Source: Mytilus californianus (lineage: Eukaryota). Taken from it: a stretch of 64,000 nucleotides of DNA. Made by a program: the position numbers and the translations under genes. Shown here in pieces: positions 29,756-41,838 of this stretch. The DNA lies in assembly GCF_021869535.1 (NCBI RefSeq), contig NW_026262712.1, positions 9,176,001 to 9,240,000 on the forward strand, written 5' to 3'. The notes below the pieces were generated by a model. It saw nothing but the letters and a program-made list of their open reading frames with translations, was not told the DNA's origin and made no database searches. The number at the start of each line of letters is the position of its first letter. The stretch's first letter is position 1.

Positions 29756-32700
29756 AAAAATCTGAAAGTGAAAGTAAGTGACAAAAATTTCAGTAGAGAA
29801 TAAAGAAAAAGAAAGATCAGATAATGAGAGTCGACATATAAAATCTTCTACAGATGGAAATAGAAAACAGGACAGAAAACATGAAAATGACAGTCGGGAA
29901 TATTCAGACAAACATAAACATTCAGAAAAACCTAAACATCCGCATTCAGAAAAGCATACGCATGGAATTTCAGAAAAACCTAAACATGGACAATCAGAGA
30001 AGCATAAACCTGGGAATTCAGAAAAGCATAAACATAGATATTCAGAAAAATCTAAACATGGATATTCAGAAAAATCTAAACATGGACAATCAGATAAGCA
30101 TAAACATGGAAATTCAGAAAAGCATAAAGAAAAAGGAGAAAATTCCAAAAAAGTACAAGAATTTTCCTGATAAAAGAGGTTCCAAAAAAGGAGATGATGA
30201 CAAGCAAATAAAATCACCAAAAAATCTAAAGAGGAAAGCAAATGAAGAGGAAAACATTGCCAGTAAAAAGTCAAAGCACGATGACAAAACTGAAAACTGT
30301 GACGAAAAGAAAGATTCCATAAAAAGACCTGAGACTAAAATGATATCTGTTGAGGTAAAGAAGAAAGAAAATAAAAAGGAAGAAAAACTGCATGAACCAT
30401 CGAAGAAATTGGAGGAAAGCTTAAGTAATGCTTCTAATACTATAGAATTGACAATGAAATGTAAACTTTGTAAAGAAATCCATAGCTCTAAATCAGCATT
30501 AGAAAAGCACATGATCAGTGTACATAATACCAAATTGGGCCGTAAAAGATTTGGATGTAAACTTTGTACTCAATCTTTTGATACAACGTCTATTTTGATC
30601 AAACATATCGAATCGCACAAAGAGGAAAGAAAAAAAAGGGGTGAAGAAAAAGGAAAGACAGAAACAGTCCAAACAAATAAAAGAGAAGGAAACGGAAAGA
30701 CAGAAACATTAGAAACAAAAACAAGAGAACAAAAAGGAAAGACAGAAACAATAGAAACAAAAATAAGAGAACAAAAAAGAAAGACAGAAACAAAAGAAAC
30801 AAAAACAAGAGAAGAAAAAGGAAAGACAGAAACAGTGAAAATAAAAACAAGAGAACAAAAGGGAGAGACAGAAACAAAAATAAGAGAACATAAAGGAAAG
30901 ACAGAAACAAAAATAAGAGAACATAAAGGAAAGATAGAAACAGTAGAATCTAAAATAAGGAGAGAAAAATTGGCAATAAGTCATGTAAGTGACAAAAAGG
31001 AAGGAACAACCAAAATCACAGATGACATCAAAAATTTCTATCTGAAGATGACTTGAACAGTGAAACAAGCTCAGTTACTGGTATCATGACTCCGACATTT
31101 CCGGTGGCAAATACCGATGTAAACAAAAACTCTGAAAGAGATATTTATAGAAAAAGTAAAAGAATGGAGGAAAGGAAAAAGAGCGAAGAATCAGTAGTTG
31201 TGCCGATTGATCCATCCCAGATCAAGACAGAACATCCTGACATCTTTGACATTGACTCCTTGGTCTATACTATTAATAGGAACTGTGAGATTTGTCCAAG
31301 GAAGTTCAATAGGTCGTACAGAGACATTGAAACAGAAATGATTATGACAGAAATTACTGGATCCCAGACTGGTTCCCCAGTTCAAAAAGAAACAGTTGTC
31401 AACATTAAAAAGGAGCCTAATAGTTCACCTATCAAAGGTTTGATGCAAATGGCAATGCAAAAAGGTTTAGAAGATAGTGACCAGTGGGGCAATTTCAGTG
31501 AATTTGATATTGATAGTGTTGTTAATGTTGTCAATAGAAGAGACGAGGGGAGACAACTGGCAGATTGTCATGTAAATATTGTGAAAGTAAAAGACCAGGG
31601 GAGGCAACTGGCTGATTGTCATGTAAATATTGTGAAAATAGAAGACCAAGGAAGACAACTTGAAGATGGCATTGTAAATTTTGTGAATAGAGAAAACCAT
31701 GGGAGAGAACTAGAAGATAGTAATATCACTATTGTGAAAGAAGAAATACAGGGGAGGCAACTAGAGGAAGAGGCATATTTACAGATGGATGATATTGAAG
31801 CTCTTGTTCATTATACAAATAGAAAATCGCATTCAGTCTGAGTCCTTCGAAGAACAATGCTTCTCAACAGCCATCATTGTCAGCTTAACCTAAAACAATT
31901 GTTGGCCTGCGATTGACAGATGACAACAAAGGAAGTGAATCTCCAAATAAAAAGGGAGATAACTCTTTATCATTATCACCAAAAATGAAAAAACTATAAA
32001 TTAAAAGACTGTTCTGTGGTTTTGGACACCGATAAAGACATTCAGTCTAAACTGCTGAATTTACAGAAAAATGCAGAGTCTGGAAAGAAAGACATGAACA
32101 GTAGTGGACATGATTTAAAGAGAAGTGGAGACATTTCTTATTTTAAAAATGTTGCAAAGAAACCCAAAATTGGTCCAAAATGCATGAAAAGACAAGACAA
32201 AGATGAAGTAAAAGATCACAAAAAGTCTAAATTTGTTATTGACCATAAAGCCAAAGTTTTGAAACTGAATTTATCAAGGTTGGATAAAAATCTGGAAGCA
32301 AATGAGACTGATAAAGAGATTGACAAAGAAGTGACAAAAAAGTTAGAAATTATAAATGAAAGGAGAAAGGAGAAATCTCGTCCTAAACATAAGGAAAAAT
32401 CTGAAAGTGAAAGTAAGTGACAAAAATTTCAGTAGAGAATAAAGAAAAAGAAAGATCAGATAATGAGAGTCGACATATAAAATCTTCTACAGATGGAAAT
32501 AGAAAACAGGACAGAAAACATGAAAATGACAGTCGGGAATATTCAGACAAACATAAACATTCAGAAAAACCTAAACATCCGCATTCAGAAAAGCATACGC
32601 ATGGAATTTCAGAAAAACCTTAACATGGCCAATCAGAGAAGCATAAACCTGGGAATTCAGAAAAGCATAAACATAGATATTCAGAAAAATCTAAACATGG

Positions 32701-35700
32701 ATATTCAGAAAAATCTAAACATGGACAATCAGATAAGCATAAACATGGAAATTCAGAAAAGCATAAAGAAGTCAAAGGAGAAAATTCCAAAAAAGTAGAA
32801 GAATTTTCCTGATAAAAGAGGTTCCAAAAAAGGAGATGATGACAAGCAAATAAAATCACCAAAAAATCTAAAGAGGAAAGCAAATGAAGAGGAAAACATT
32901 GCCAGTAAAAAGTCAAAGCACGATGACAAAACTGAAAACTGTGACGAAAAGAAAGATTCCATAAAAAGACCTGAGACTAAAATGATATCTGTTGAGGTAA
33001 AGAAGAAAGAAAATAAAAAGGAAGAAAAACTGCATGAACCATCGAAGAAATTGGAGGAAAGCTTAAGTAATGCTTCTAATACTATAGAATTGACAATGAA
33101 ATGTAAACTTTGTAAAGAAATCCATAGCTCTAAATCAGCATTAGAAAAGCACATGATCAGTGTACATAATACCAAATTGGGCCGTAAAAGATTTGGATGT
33201 AAACTTTGTACTCAATCTTTTGATACAACGTCTATTTTGATCAAACATATCGAATCGCACAAAGAGGAAAGAAAAAAAAGTGGTGAAGAAAAAGGAAAGA
33301 CAGAAACAGTCCAAACAAATAAAAGAGAAGGAAACGGAAAGACAGAAACATTAGAAACAAAAACAAGAGAACAAAAAGGAAAGACAGAAACAATAGAAAC
33401 AAAAATAAGAGAACAAAAAAGAAAGACAGAAACAAAAGAAACAAAAACAAGAGAAGAAAAAGGAAAGACAGAAACAGTGAAAATAAAAACAAGAGAACAA
33501 AAGGGAGAGACAGAAACAAAAATAAGAGAACATAAAGGAAAGACAGAAACAAAAATAAGAGAACATAAAGGAAAGATAGAAACAGTAGAATCTAAAATAA
33601 GGAGAGAAAAATTGGCAATAAGTCATGTAAGTGACAAAAAGGAAGGAACAACCAAAATCACAGATGACATCAAAAATTTCTATCTGAAGATGACTTGAAC
33701 AGTGAAACAAGCTCAGTTACTGGTATCATGACTCCGACATTTCCGGTGGCAAATACCGATGTAAACAAAAACTCTGAAAGAGATATTTATAGAAAAAGTA
33801 AAAGAATGGAGGAAAGGAGAATCAGTAGTTGTGCCGATTGATCCATCCCAGATCAAGACAGAACATCCTGACATCTTTGACATTGACTCCTTGGTCCATA
33901 CTATTAATAGGAACTGTGAGATTTGTCCAAGGAAGTTCAATAGGTCGTACAGAGACATTGAAACAGAAATGATTATGACAGAAATTACTGGATCCCAGAC
34001 TGGTTCCCCAGTTCAAAAAGAAACAGTTGTCAACATTAAAAAGGAGCCTAATAGTTCACCTATCAAAGGTTTGATGCAAATGGCAATGCAAAAAGGTTTA
34101 GAAGATAGTGACCAGTGGGGCAATTTCAGTGAATTTGATATTGATAGTGTTGTTAATGTTGTCAATAGAAGAGATGAGGGGAGACAACTGGCAGATTGTC
34201 ATGTAAATATTGTGAAAGTAGAAGACCAGGCGAGGCAACTGGCTGATTGTCATGTAAATATTGTGAAAATAGAAGACCAAGGAAGACAACTTGAAGATGG
34301 CATTGTAAATTTTGTGAATAGAGAAAACCATGGGAGAGAACTAGAAGATAGTAATATCACTATTGTGAAAGAAGAAATACAGGGGAGGCAACTAGAGGAA
34401 GAGGCATATTTACAGATGGATGATATTGAAGCTCTTGTTCATTATACAAATAGAAAATCGCATTCAGTCAGTCCTTCGAAGAACAATGCTTCTCAACAGC
34501 CATCATTGTCAGCTTAACCTAAAACAATTGTTGGCCTGCGATTGACAGATGACAACAAAGGAAGTGAATCTCCAAATAAAAAGGGAGATAGCTCTTTATC
34601 ATTATCACCAAAAATGAAAAAACTATAAATTAAAAGACTGTTCTGTGGTTTTGGACACCGATAAAGACATTCAGTCTAAACTGCTGAATTTACAGAAAAA
34701 TGCAGAGTCTGGAAAGAAAGACATGAACAGTAGTGGACATGATTTAAAGAGAAGTGGAGACATTTCTTATTTTAAAAATGTTGCAAAGAAACCCAAAATT
34801 GGTCCAAAATGCATGAAAAGACAAGACAAAGATGAAGTAAAAGATCACAAAAAGTCTAAATTTGTTATTGACCATAAAGCCAAAGTTTTGAAACTGAATT
34901 TATCAAGGTTGGATAAAAATCTGGAAGCAAATGAGACTGATAAAGAGATTGACAAAGAAGTGACAAAAAAGTTAGAAATTATAAATGAAAGGAGAAAGGA
35001 GAAATCTCGTCCTAAACATAAGGAAAAATCTGAAAGTGAAAGTAAGTGACAAAAATTTCAGTAGAGAATAAAGAAAAAGAAAGATCAGATAATGAGAGTC
35101 GACATATAAAATCTTCTACAGATGGAAATAGAAAACAGGACAGAAAACATGAAAATGACAGTCGGGAATATTCAGACAAACATAAACATTCAGAAAAACC
35201 TAAACATCCGCATTCAGAAAAGCATACGCATGGAATTTCAGAAAAACCTTAACATGGCCAATCAGAGAAGCATAAACCTGGGAATTCAGAAAAGCATAAA
35301 CATAGATATTCAGAAAAATCTAAACATGGATATTCAGAAAAATCTAAACATGGACAATCAGATAAGCATAAACATGGAAATTCAGAAAAGCATAAAGAAG
35401 TCAAAGGAGAAAATTCCAAAAAAGTACAAGAATTTTCCTGATAAAAGAGGTTCCAAAAAAGGAGATGATGACAAGCAAATAAAATCACCAAAAAATCTAA
35501 AGAGGAAAGCAAATGAAGAGGAAAACATTGCCAGTAAAAAGTCAAAGCACGATGACAAAACTGAAAACTGTGACGAAAAGAAAGATTCCATAAAAAGACC
35601 TGAGACTAAAATGATATCTGTTGAGGTAAAGAAGAAAGAAAATAAAAAGGAAGAAAAACTGCATGAACCATCGAAGAAATTGGAGGAAAGCTTAAGTAAT

Positions 35701-38314
35701 GCCTCTAATACTATAGAATTGACAATGAAATGTAAACTTTGTAAAGAAATCCATAGCTCTAAATCAGCATTAGAAAAGCACATGATCAGTGTACATAATA
35801 CCAAATTGGGCCGTAAAAGATTTGGATGTAAACTTTGTACTCAATCTTTTGATACAACGTCTATTTTGATCAAACATATCGAATCGCACAAAGAGGAAAG
35901 AAAAAAAAGTGGTGAAGAAAAAGGAAAGACAGAAACAGTCCAAACAAATAAAAGAGAAGGAAACGGAAAGACAGAAACATTAGAAACAAAAACAAGAGAA
36001 CAAAAAGGAAAGACAGAAACAATAGAAACAAAAATAAGAGAACAAAAAAGAAAGACAGAAACAAAAGAAACAAAAACAAGAGAAGAAAAAGGAAAGACAG
36101 AAACAGTGAAAATAAAAACAAGAGAACAAAAGGGAGAGACAGAAACAAAAATAAGAGAACATAAAGGAAAGACAGAAACAAAAATAAGAGAACATAAAGG
36201 AAAGATAGAAACAGTAGAATCTAAAATAAGGAGAGAAAAATTGGCAATAAGTCATGTAAGTGACAAAAAGGAAGGAACAACCAAAATCACAGATGACATC
36301 AAAAATTTCTATCTGAAGATGACTTGAACAGTGAAACAAGCTCAGTTACTGGTATCATGACTCCGACATTTCCGGTGGCAAATACCGATGTAAACAAAAA
36401 CTCTGAAAGAGATATTTATAGAAAAAGTAAAAGAATGGAGGAAAGGAGAATCAGTAGTTGTGCCGATTGATCCATCCCAGATCAAGACAGAACATCCTGA
36501 CATCTTTGACATTGACTCCTTGGTCCATACTATTAATAGGAACTGTGAGATTTGTCCAAGGAAGTTCAATAGGTCGTACAGAGACATTGAAACAGAAATG
36601 ATTATGACAGAAATTACTGGATCCCAGACTGGTTCCCCAGTTCAAAAAGAAACAGTTGTCAACATTAAAAAGGAGCCTAATAGTTCACCTATCAAAGGTT
36701 TGATGCAAATGGCAATGCAAAAAGGTTTAGAAGATAGTGACCAGTGGGGCAATTTCAGTGAATTTGATATTGATAGTGTTGTTAATGTTGTCAATAGAAG
36801 AGATGAGGGGAGACAACTGGCAGATTGTCATGTAAATATTGTGAAAGTAGAAGACCAGGCGAGGCAACTGGCTGATTGTCATGTAAATATTGTGAAAATA
36901 GAAGACCAAGGAAGACAACTTGAAGATGGCATTGTAAATTTTGTGAATAGAGAAAACCATGGGAGAGAACTAGAAGATAGTAATATCACTATTGTGAAAG
37001 AAGAAATACAGGGGAGGCAACTAGAGGAAGAGGCATATTTACAGATGGATGATATTGAAGCTCTTGTTCATTATACAAATAGAAAATCGCATTCAGTCAG
37101 TCCTTCGAAGAACAATGCTTCTCAACAGCCATCATTGTCAGCTTAACCTAAAACAATTGTTGGCCTGCGATTGACAGATGACAACAAAGGAAGTGAATCT
37201 CCAAATAAAAAGGGAGATAACTCTTTATCATTATCACCAAAAATGAAAAAACTAAAAATTAAAAGACTGTTCTGTGGTTTTGGACACCGATAAAGACATT
37301 CAGTCTAAACTGCTGAATTTACAGAAAAATGCAGAGTCTGGAAAGAAAGACATGAACAGTAGTGTACATGATTTAAAGAGAAGTGGAGACATTTCTTATT
37401 TTAAAAATGTTGCAAAGAAACCCAAAATTGGTCCAAAATGCATGAAAAGACAAGACAAAGATGAAGTAAAAGATCACAAAAAGTCTAAATTTGTTATTGA
37501 CCATAAAGCCAAAGTTTTGAAACTGAATTTATCAAGGTTGGATAAAAATCTGGAAGCAAATGAGACTGATAAAGAGATTGACAAAGAAGTGACAAAAAAG
37601 TTAGAAATTATAAATGAAAGGAGAAAGGAGAAATCTCGTCCTAAACATAAGGAAAAATCTGAAAGTGAAAGTAAGTGACAAAAATTTCACTAGAGAATAA
37701 AGAAAAAGAAAGATCAGATAATGAGAGTCGACATATAAAATCTTCTACAGATGGAAATAGAAAACAGGACAGAAAACATGAAAATGACAGTCGGGAATAT
37801 TCAGACAAACATAAACATTCAGAAAAACCTAAACATCCGCATTCAGAAAAGCATACGCATGGAATTTCAGAAAAACCTAAACAAGGCCAATCAGAGAAGC
37901 ATAAACCTGGGAATTCAGAAAAGCATAAACATAGATATTCAGAAAAATCTAAACATGGATATTCAGAAAAATCTAAACATGGACAATCAGATAAGCATAA
38001 ACATGGAAATTCAGAAAAGCATAAAGAAGTCAAAGGAGAAAATTCCAAAAAAGTACAAGAATTTTCCTGATAAAAGAGGTTCCAAAAAAGGAGATGATGA
38101 CAAGCAAATAAAATCACCAAAAAATCTAAAGAGGAAAGCAAATGAAGAGGAAAACATTGCCAGTAAAAAGTCAAAGCAAGATGACAAAACTGAAAACTGT
38201 GACGAAAAGAAAGATTCCATAAAAAGACCTGAGACTAAAATGATATCTGTTGAGGTAAAGAAGAAAGAAAATAAAAAGGAAGAAAAACTGCATGAACCAT
38301 CGAAGAAATTGGAG

Positions 38315-38320
38315 GTAGGT
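38315..38320 (+). other. 5' splice donor ending the array exon (phase 0)
   Basis: TTG GAG|GTAGGT. Array homology stops here and T-rich intron-like DNA follows. It is in phase with the exon at 40091. Confidence 0.7.
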
Positions 38321-38363
38321 GTTGTTTCATTTTCTATTCTATTGCATCATTCACACATTCATG

Positions 38364-38490
38364 TAGTTCGTTTCTATGTAAGTTGGAGTTTGTTTTTGTT
38401 GCACTTCAGTATTTCTTTTGTAACCCGGATTTGTTTTCTCTCAATCAATTTATGACTTTTGAACAGCAGTATACTACTGTTGCCTATATT
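38364..38490 (+). repeat. Degraded copy of the 3' tail of the Penelope-like element family
   Basis: GTAACCCGGATTTG...GAACAGCAGTATACTACTGTTGCCTATATT matches the reverse complement of 61591-61760. Confidence 0.7.
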
Positions 38491-38616
38491 CCTGGATTTC
38501 AGCAATTTAACATGGCGTGTCACTCCTTAGTTACGACATATCAACTGTGGATTTGACAGTAAATAGCCAACGAAAAAAATATTTGGATTAAGAATTATAA
38601 GGATTGAACACATTTT

Positions 38617-39604
38617 TGTCTCGCCTTGACGGAGTCAAAAAGCTAGACATATGTATGCTGTTTCCGGCATCGGCGGCGGCATCAACAATGTATTAGTTTG
38701 TGATTAGGTCTAGTTCATGGTGAACCACTAGTGGTAGGTCAATGATATTTGGTATGCAGTTGTATTAACATTGGCACATCTCATTACCATGGAGATTATT
38801 TGGCCCCGCCCCCTCAGTCAAGGTCTATTGACTTTTAAACTTTTCATAGTTTACATGTATTAGTTTGTGATTAGGTCAATTTATGGGGAACCACTAGTGG
38901 TAGGTTAATGATATATGGTATGCAGTTGTATAAGCATTGCCATATCTCATTTCCATAGGGATTATTTGGCTCCGCCCCTTAGTCATGGTCTATAGACTTT
39001 GAAAATTTTGCTAAGTTAACATGTATTAGTTTGTAATTAGGTTAGTTCAAGGGGAACCATTAGTGGTAGGCAGATGTTAATTGGTGTTCAGTTGTATAAA
39101 CATTAGCACATCTCATTTCCAGGGAGAATATTTGGCCCCGCCCCCTTCAGTGATGGTCTATTTACTTTGAAACTTTTGCTTAGTTTACATGTATTAGTTT
39201 GTGATTAGATCAGTTTAAGATGAACTGCTAATGTTAAGTCAATGATATTTGGTATGCAAATTTATTGGCATTTGCAAGTATCGTTTCCATGGAGATTATA
39301 TAGCCCCACCCCTGATCATCATGTTCATTGACTTTGAAACTTTTACATAGTTTACAAGTTAATGTTTGTGTTTAGGTTTGTTTAAAGGGAACGACTTATG
39401 ATAAGTCAATGTTATTTGGTATGCACTTGTATTAGCATTGGCACATCTCATTCCATGGAGATTGTTTAGCCATGTACCTTCAGTCATGGTTCATCGACTT
39501 TGAATATTTGCATAACTTACATGTTTAAGTATTGCTATTTTAATTTCAACATTTGCATTATCAAAATTACAAAAAGGCGAGACATATCTCTGTGATAACA
39601 GTTT
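38617..39604 (+). mobile_element. HINE-like element with ~160-bp core repeats
   Basis: Perfect subterminal inverted repeats TGTCTCGCCTT (~38617) and AAGGCGAGACA (39574-39584), a 3' hairpin CTGT-GATA-ACAG, T-rich flanks and a tandem core. Confidence 0.8.
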
Positions 39605-39620
39605 ATTTCTAGTGGTTATT

Positions 39621-39900
39621 TAAGAAATAATTCATGCAAGCCTTGGATTTATTTGAAATTTTTAGCTTTTATCTTACAGGGGGTAAAATAGAACTGCAAT
39701 ACACAAGGCAATCTTACCTTCACTTCAGTTTTTCAAATAACCATATTTGTCTAGTTAGAATCGAAATAATTCATGCAAGCTATAGATTTGTTATCATTTT
39801 CACATGGCCTGTGGCTAACGCTCGAGATAAAATTAAATCATAACGGCCAGGCCGTGTGAAAATTTCCAACAAATCTATGGCTTGCATGAATTATTTCTTA
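39621..39900. mobile_element. TA-flanked MITE with an internal foldback
   Basis: TA|AGAAATAATTCATGCAAGCC ... GGCTTGCATGAATTATTTCT|TA. A second left-end copy at ~39783 forms a ~115-bp imperfect palindrome with the right end. Confidence 0.75.
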
Positions 39901-40090
39901 ATTATATTATATGTCCAACCACGTAAACTTGTTTATGTTTTTGTCAACAAATGATGGTTGATCTAATCTTGACCTTTTAGTTGATGCCATTTAAAATGAC
40001 AGGGATTATGACATCTAACCTACCTTGTGTATAAATATATATATAAATATGACCTTTTTATGATCATAATTTACATAAATGTATTTACAG

Positions 40091-40199
40091 ATTTTTAGCA
40101 GTTGTTTGGTAACTAATACATCACCAGATTCAGATGACGAACTGGAAGATTTAGGTCTGCAGGAATTGCCTGAAAATACACCAAGATATATCACACACT
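40091..40199 (+). CDS. Internal coding exon (phase 0 to 1), acidic low-complexity peptide IFSSCLVTNTSPDSDDELEDLGLQELPENTPRYITH
   Basis: TTTACAG acceptor, GTGAGT donor, and an open frame in phase with the donor at 38315. Confidence 0.7.
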
Positions 40200-40294
40200 G
40201 TGAGTAGCTTTATTATGTGAAAGGGGACTGTTAAAAGGGGGCTTGAAAATATAGGAAGGTTTAATGTAGTTAAATGTCAAAATAGCATATTTTT

Positions 40295-41110
40295 ATGCCC
40301 CCACAGTAGGGGAGGGGGCATTAAGTTTTACCCTTGTCCGTCCGTACGTCCCAAAGTTGGTTTCCATTCTCTAACTTTAGTTTGCCTTAACCAAATGTTA
40401 TGAAACTTATACACAATGATTATTACCACTAAATACAGATCAAGTTTGAATTTTGGCGGCGTCACTTTTACCGTTCTAGAGTTATGCCCCTTTACAAATA
40501 GAAAAATTGCTAATTTTTTGTTTCCGTTCTCTAACTTAAGTTTGCTTCAACCAAATGTTATGAATCTTATACACAATGCTTATTATAATATACAGATCAA
40601 GTTTGAATTTTGGTGACTTCACTTTTACTGTTCTAGAGTTATGCCCTTTACAAATGGAAAAATTTCTAAATATCAAGTATTTTTTAAATTGGAGTTATCT
40701 TTCTTTGTCCATGATTATAGTTGAATCAACTACAATCAATGCTTTATACAATGCAATGTATAATTTTACCTTCCACTGATAAATTAAAGCAATTTTTACC
40801 CTTCATTTCTAAAAATATTTTAAAGTCTTCTTTGAAAATTGGATTTATCTTTCTTTGTGCATAATGGTAGTTGAATCAACTACAAACAATGCTTTATGCA
40901 ATGCAATATTCAATTTTACTTCCTACTGATAAATTAAAGCAATCTTCACCATTCAGTGCTTACAAGCACTTTGATTACTGTTCTAGAAGTATGCCTATTT
41001 ACAAATGAAAAAATTGCTGAATTTTTCGTTTCCGTTCTCTAACTTGAGTTTGTCTTAAATTAATGTAATGAAATGTATATATAATGCTTTTTACCACAAA
41101 ACTCAGTTTA
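40295..41110 (+). mobile_element. HINE/pearl-like element with GTCC microsatellite and ~140-bp core repeats
   Basis: ATGCCCC...GGGGCAT 5' hairpin after a T-run, GTCCGTCCGTACGTCC, and a repeated CCGTTCTCTAACTT...TCTAGAGTTATGCCC core. The 3' end is not resolved. Confidence 0.6.
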
Positions 41111-41594
41111 ATTTTTTGTTTCCATTTTTAACCGGATTTTCAAAGGAAATATCGGTTATTAAAATGGTTATGTACGGCAGGCGGCTGGGCGGCTCTTGCG
41201 GCTGCCAAATAACATGAAAACGCTGTAACAAATTTTTTTCAAATTTAAATATGTTGTTTCCTGGGACTTAATGAAGGTCTCTATTAATTTTCAAGATTTT
41301 AGTATATCTCCTTTGTGAGTTATCTTCATTTTTAATATCCAAAAGTAGAATTTTTAAATATTTTACTGTTGTTATCTTTTTATGATTTGTCTTATCTCAG
41401 AATAAAAATTGGAGTGACAGATTTATTTGAAAATTATCTATTTCCTAAGTGGTAATGATTATAAGCTATATCATTAGACATTTTGAAGATTATTACATTA
41501 TTAATTATGTTAGAGTACTATGTTAAACAACCATAGTTCTGTTAAATTAGATATTATAAATATTTCAGCATATGATAATGATTTTTTTTGTTGA

Positions 41595-41838
41595 AAACTT
41601 GTAAACAGTCAAGATCCCCACCCTTAAACCATATATATTCTTGTATGTTACAATAAAACAAATCAAATGAAATAAAAATCAAGTACCCTGGGGTCATCCC
41701 CACCTTCTTTCTGTTTAAGAACTTGTAAACGGTCGAGATCCCCACCCCAAAAATATAAATATTCTTGTATGGGACAATAAAACTAATCAAATGACATATA
41801 GGGAAGTCCATTGGGGTAACCCCTACCCCCCTTTTTTT
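41595..41838 (+). repeat. ~120-bp satellite S (left part, split by host element H2)
   Basis: Unit ACTTGTAAACGGTCAAGATCCCCACCCCTAAACCATATATATTCTTGTATGG... It resumes at ~52910. Confidence 0.8.

Larger units (their letters stand above)
1..38314 (+). repeat. Tandem macrosatellite: 12 complete head-to-tail units plus a partial unit cut by the window start
   Basis: The junction TTGGAG|GAAAGCTTAAGT recurs, giving unit starts at 618, 3798, 6980, 10162, 13303, 17853, 20495, 23138, 25778, 30415, 33057 and 35686. The last unit ends at 38314. The ORF track repeats near-identical proteins at the same spacing. Confidence 0.97.
13303..38314 (+). repeat. Type B units (~2629-2643 bp; two enlarged by HINE insertions); the first is an A/B recombinant
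   Basis: No 582-bp duplication. Shared B lesions are the GCT TAA CCT stop, the GAAAGTAAGTGACAAAA 1-bp deletion (most units) and the extra base in AATTCCAAAAAAGTA. Confidence 0.93.

Noticed and set aside
349-38220. Many minus-strand F/L/S/C-rich ORFs in the array (e.g. MFLSFLYVLLFLF...)
   Set aside because: They are antisense shadows of an extremely A/G-rich plus strand and have no independent domain signal.
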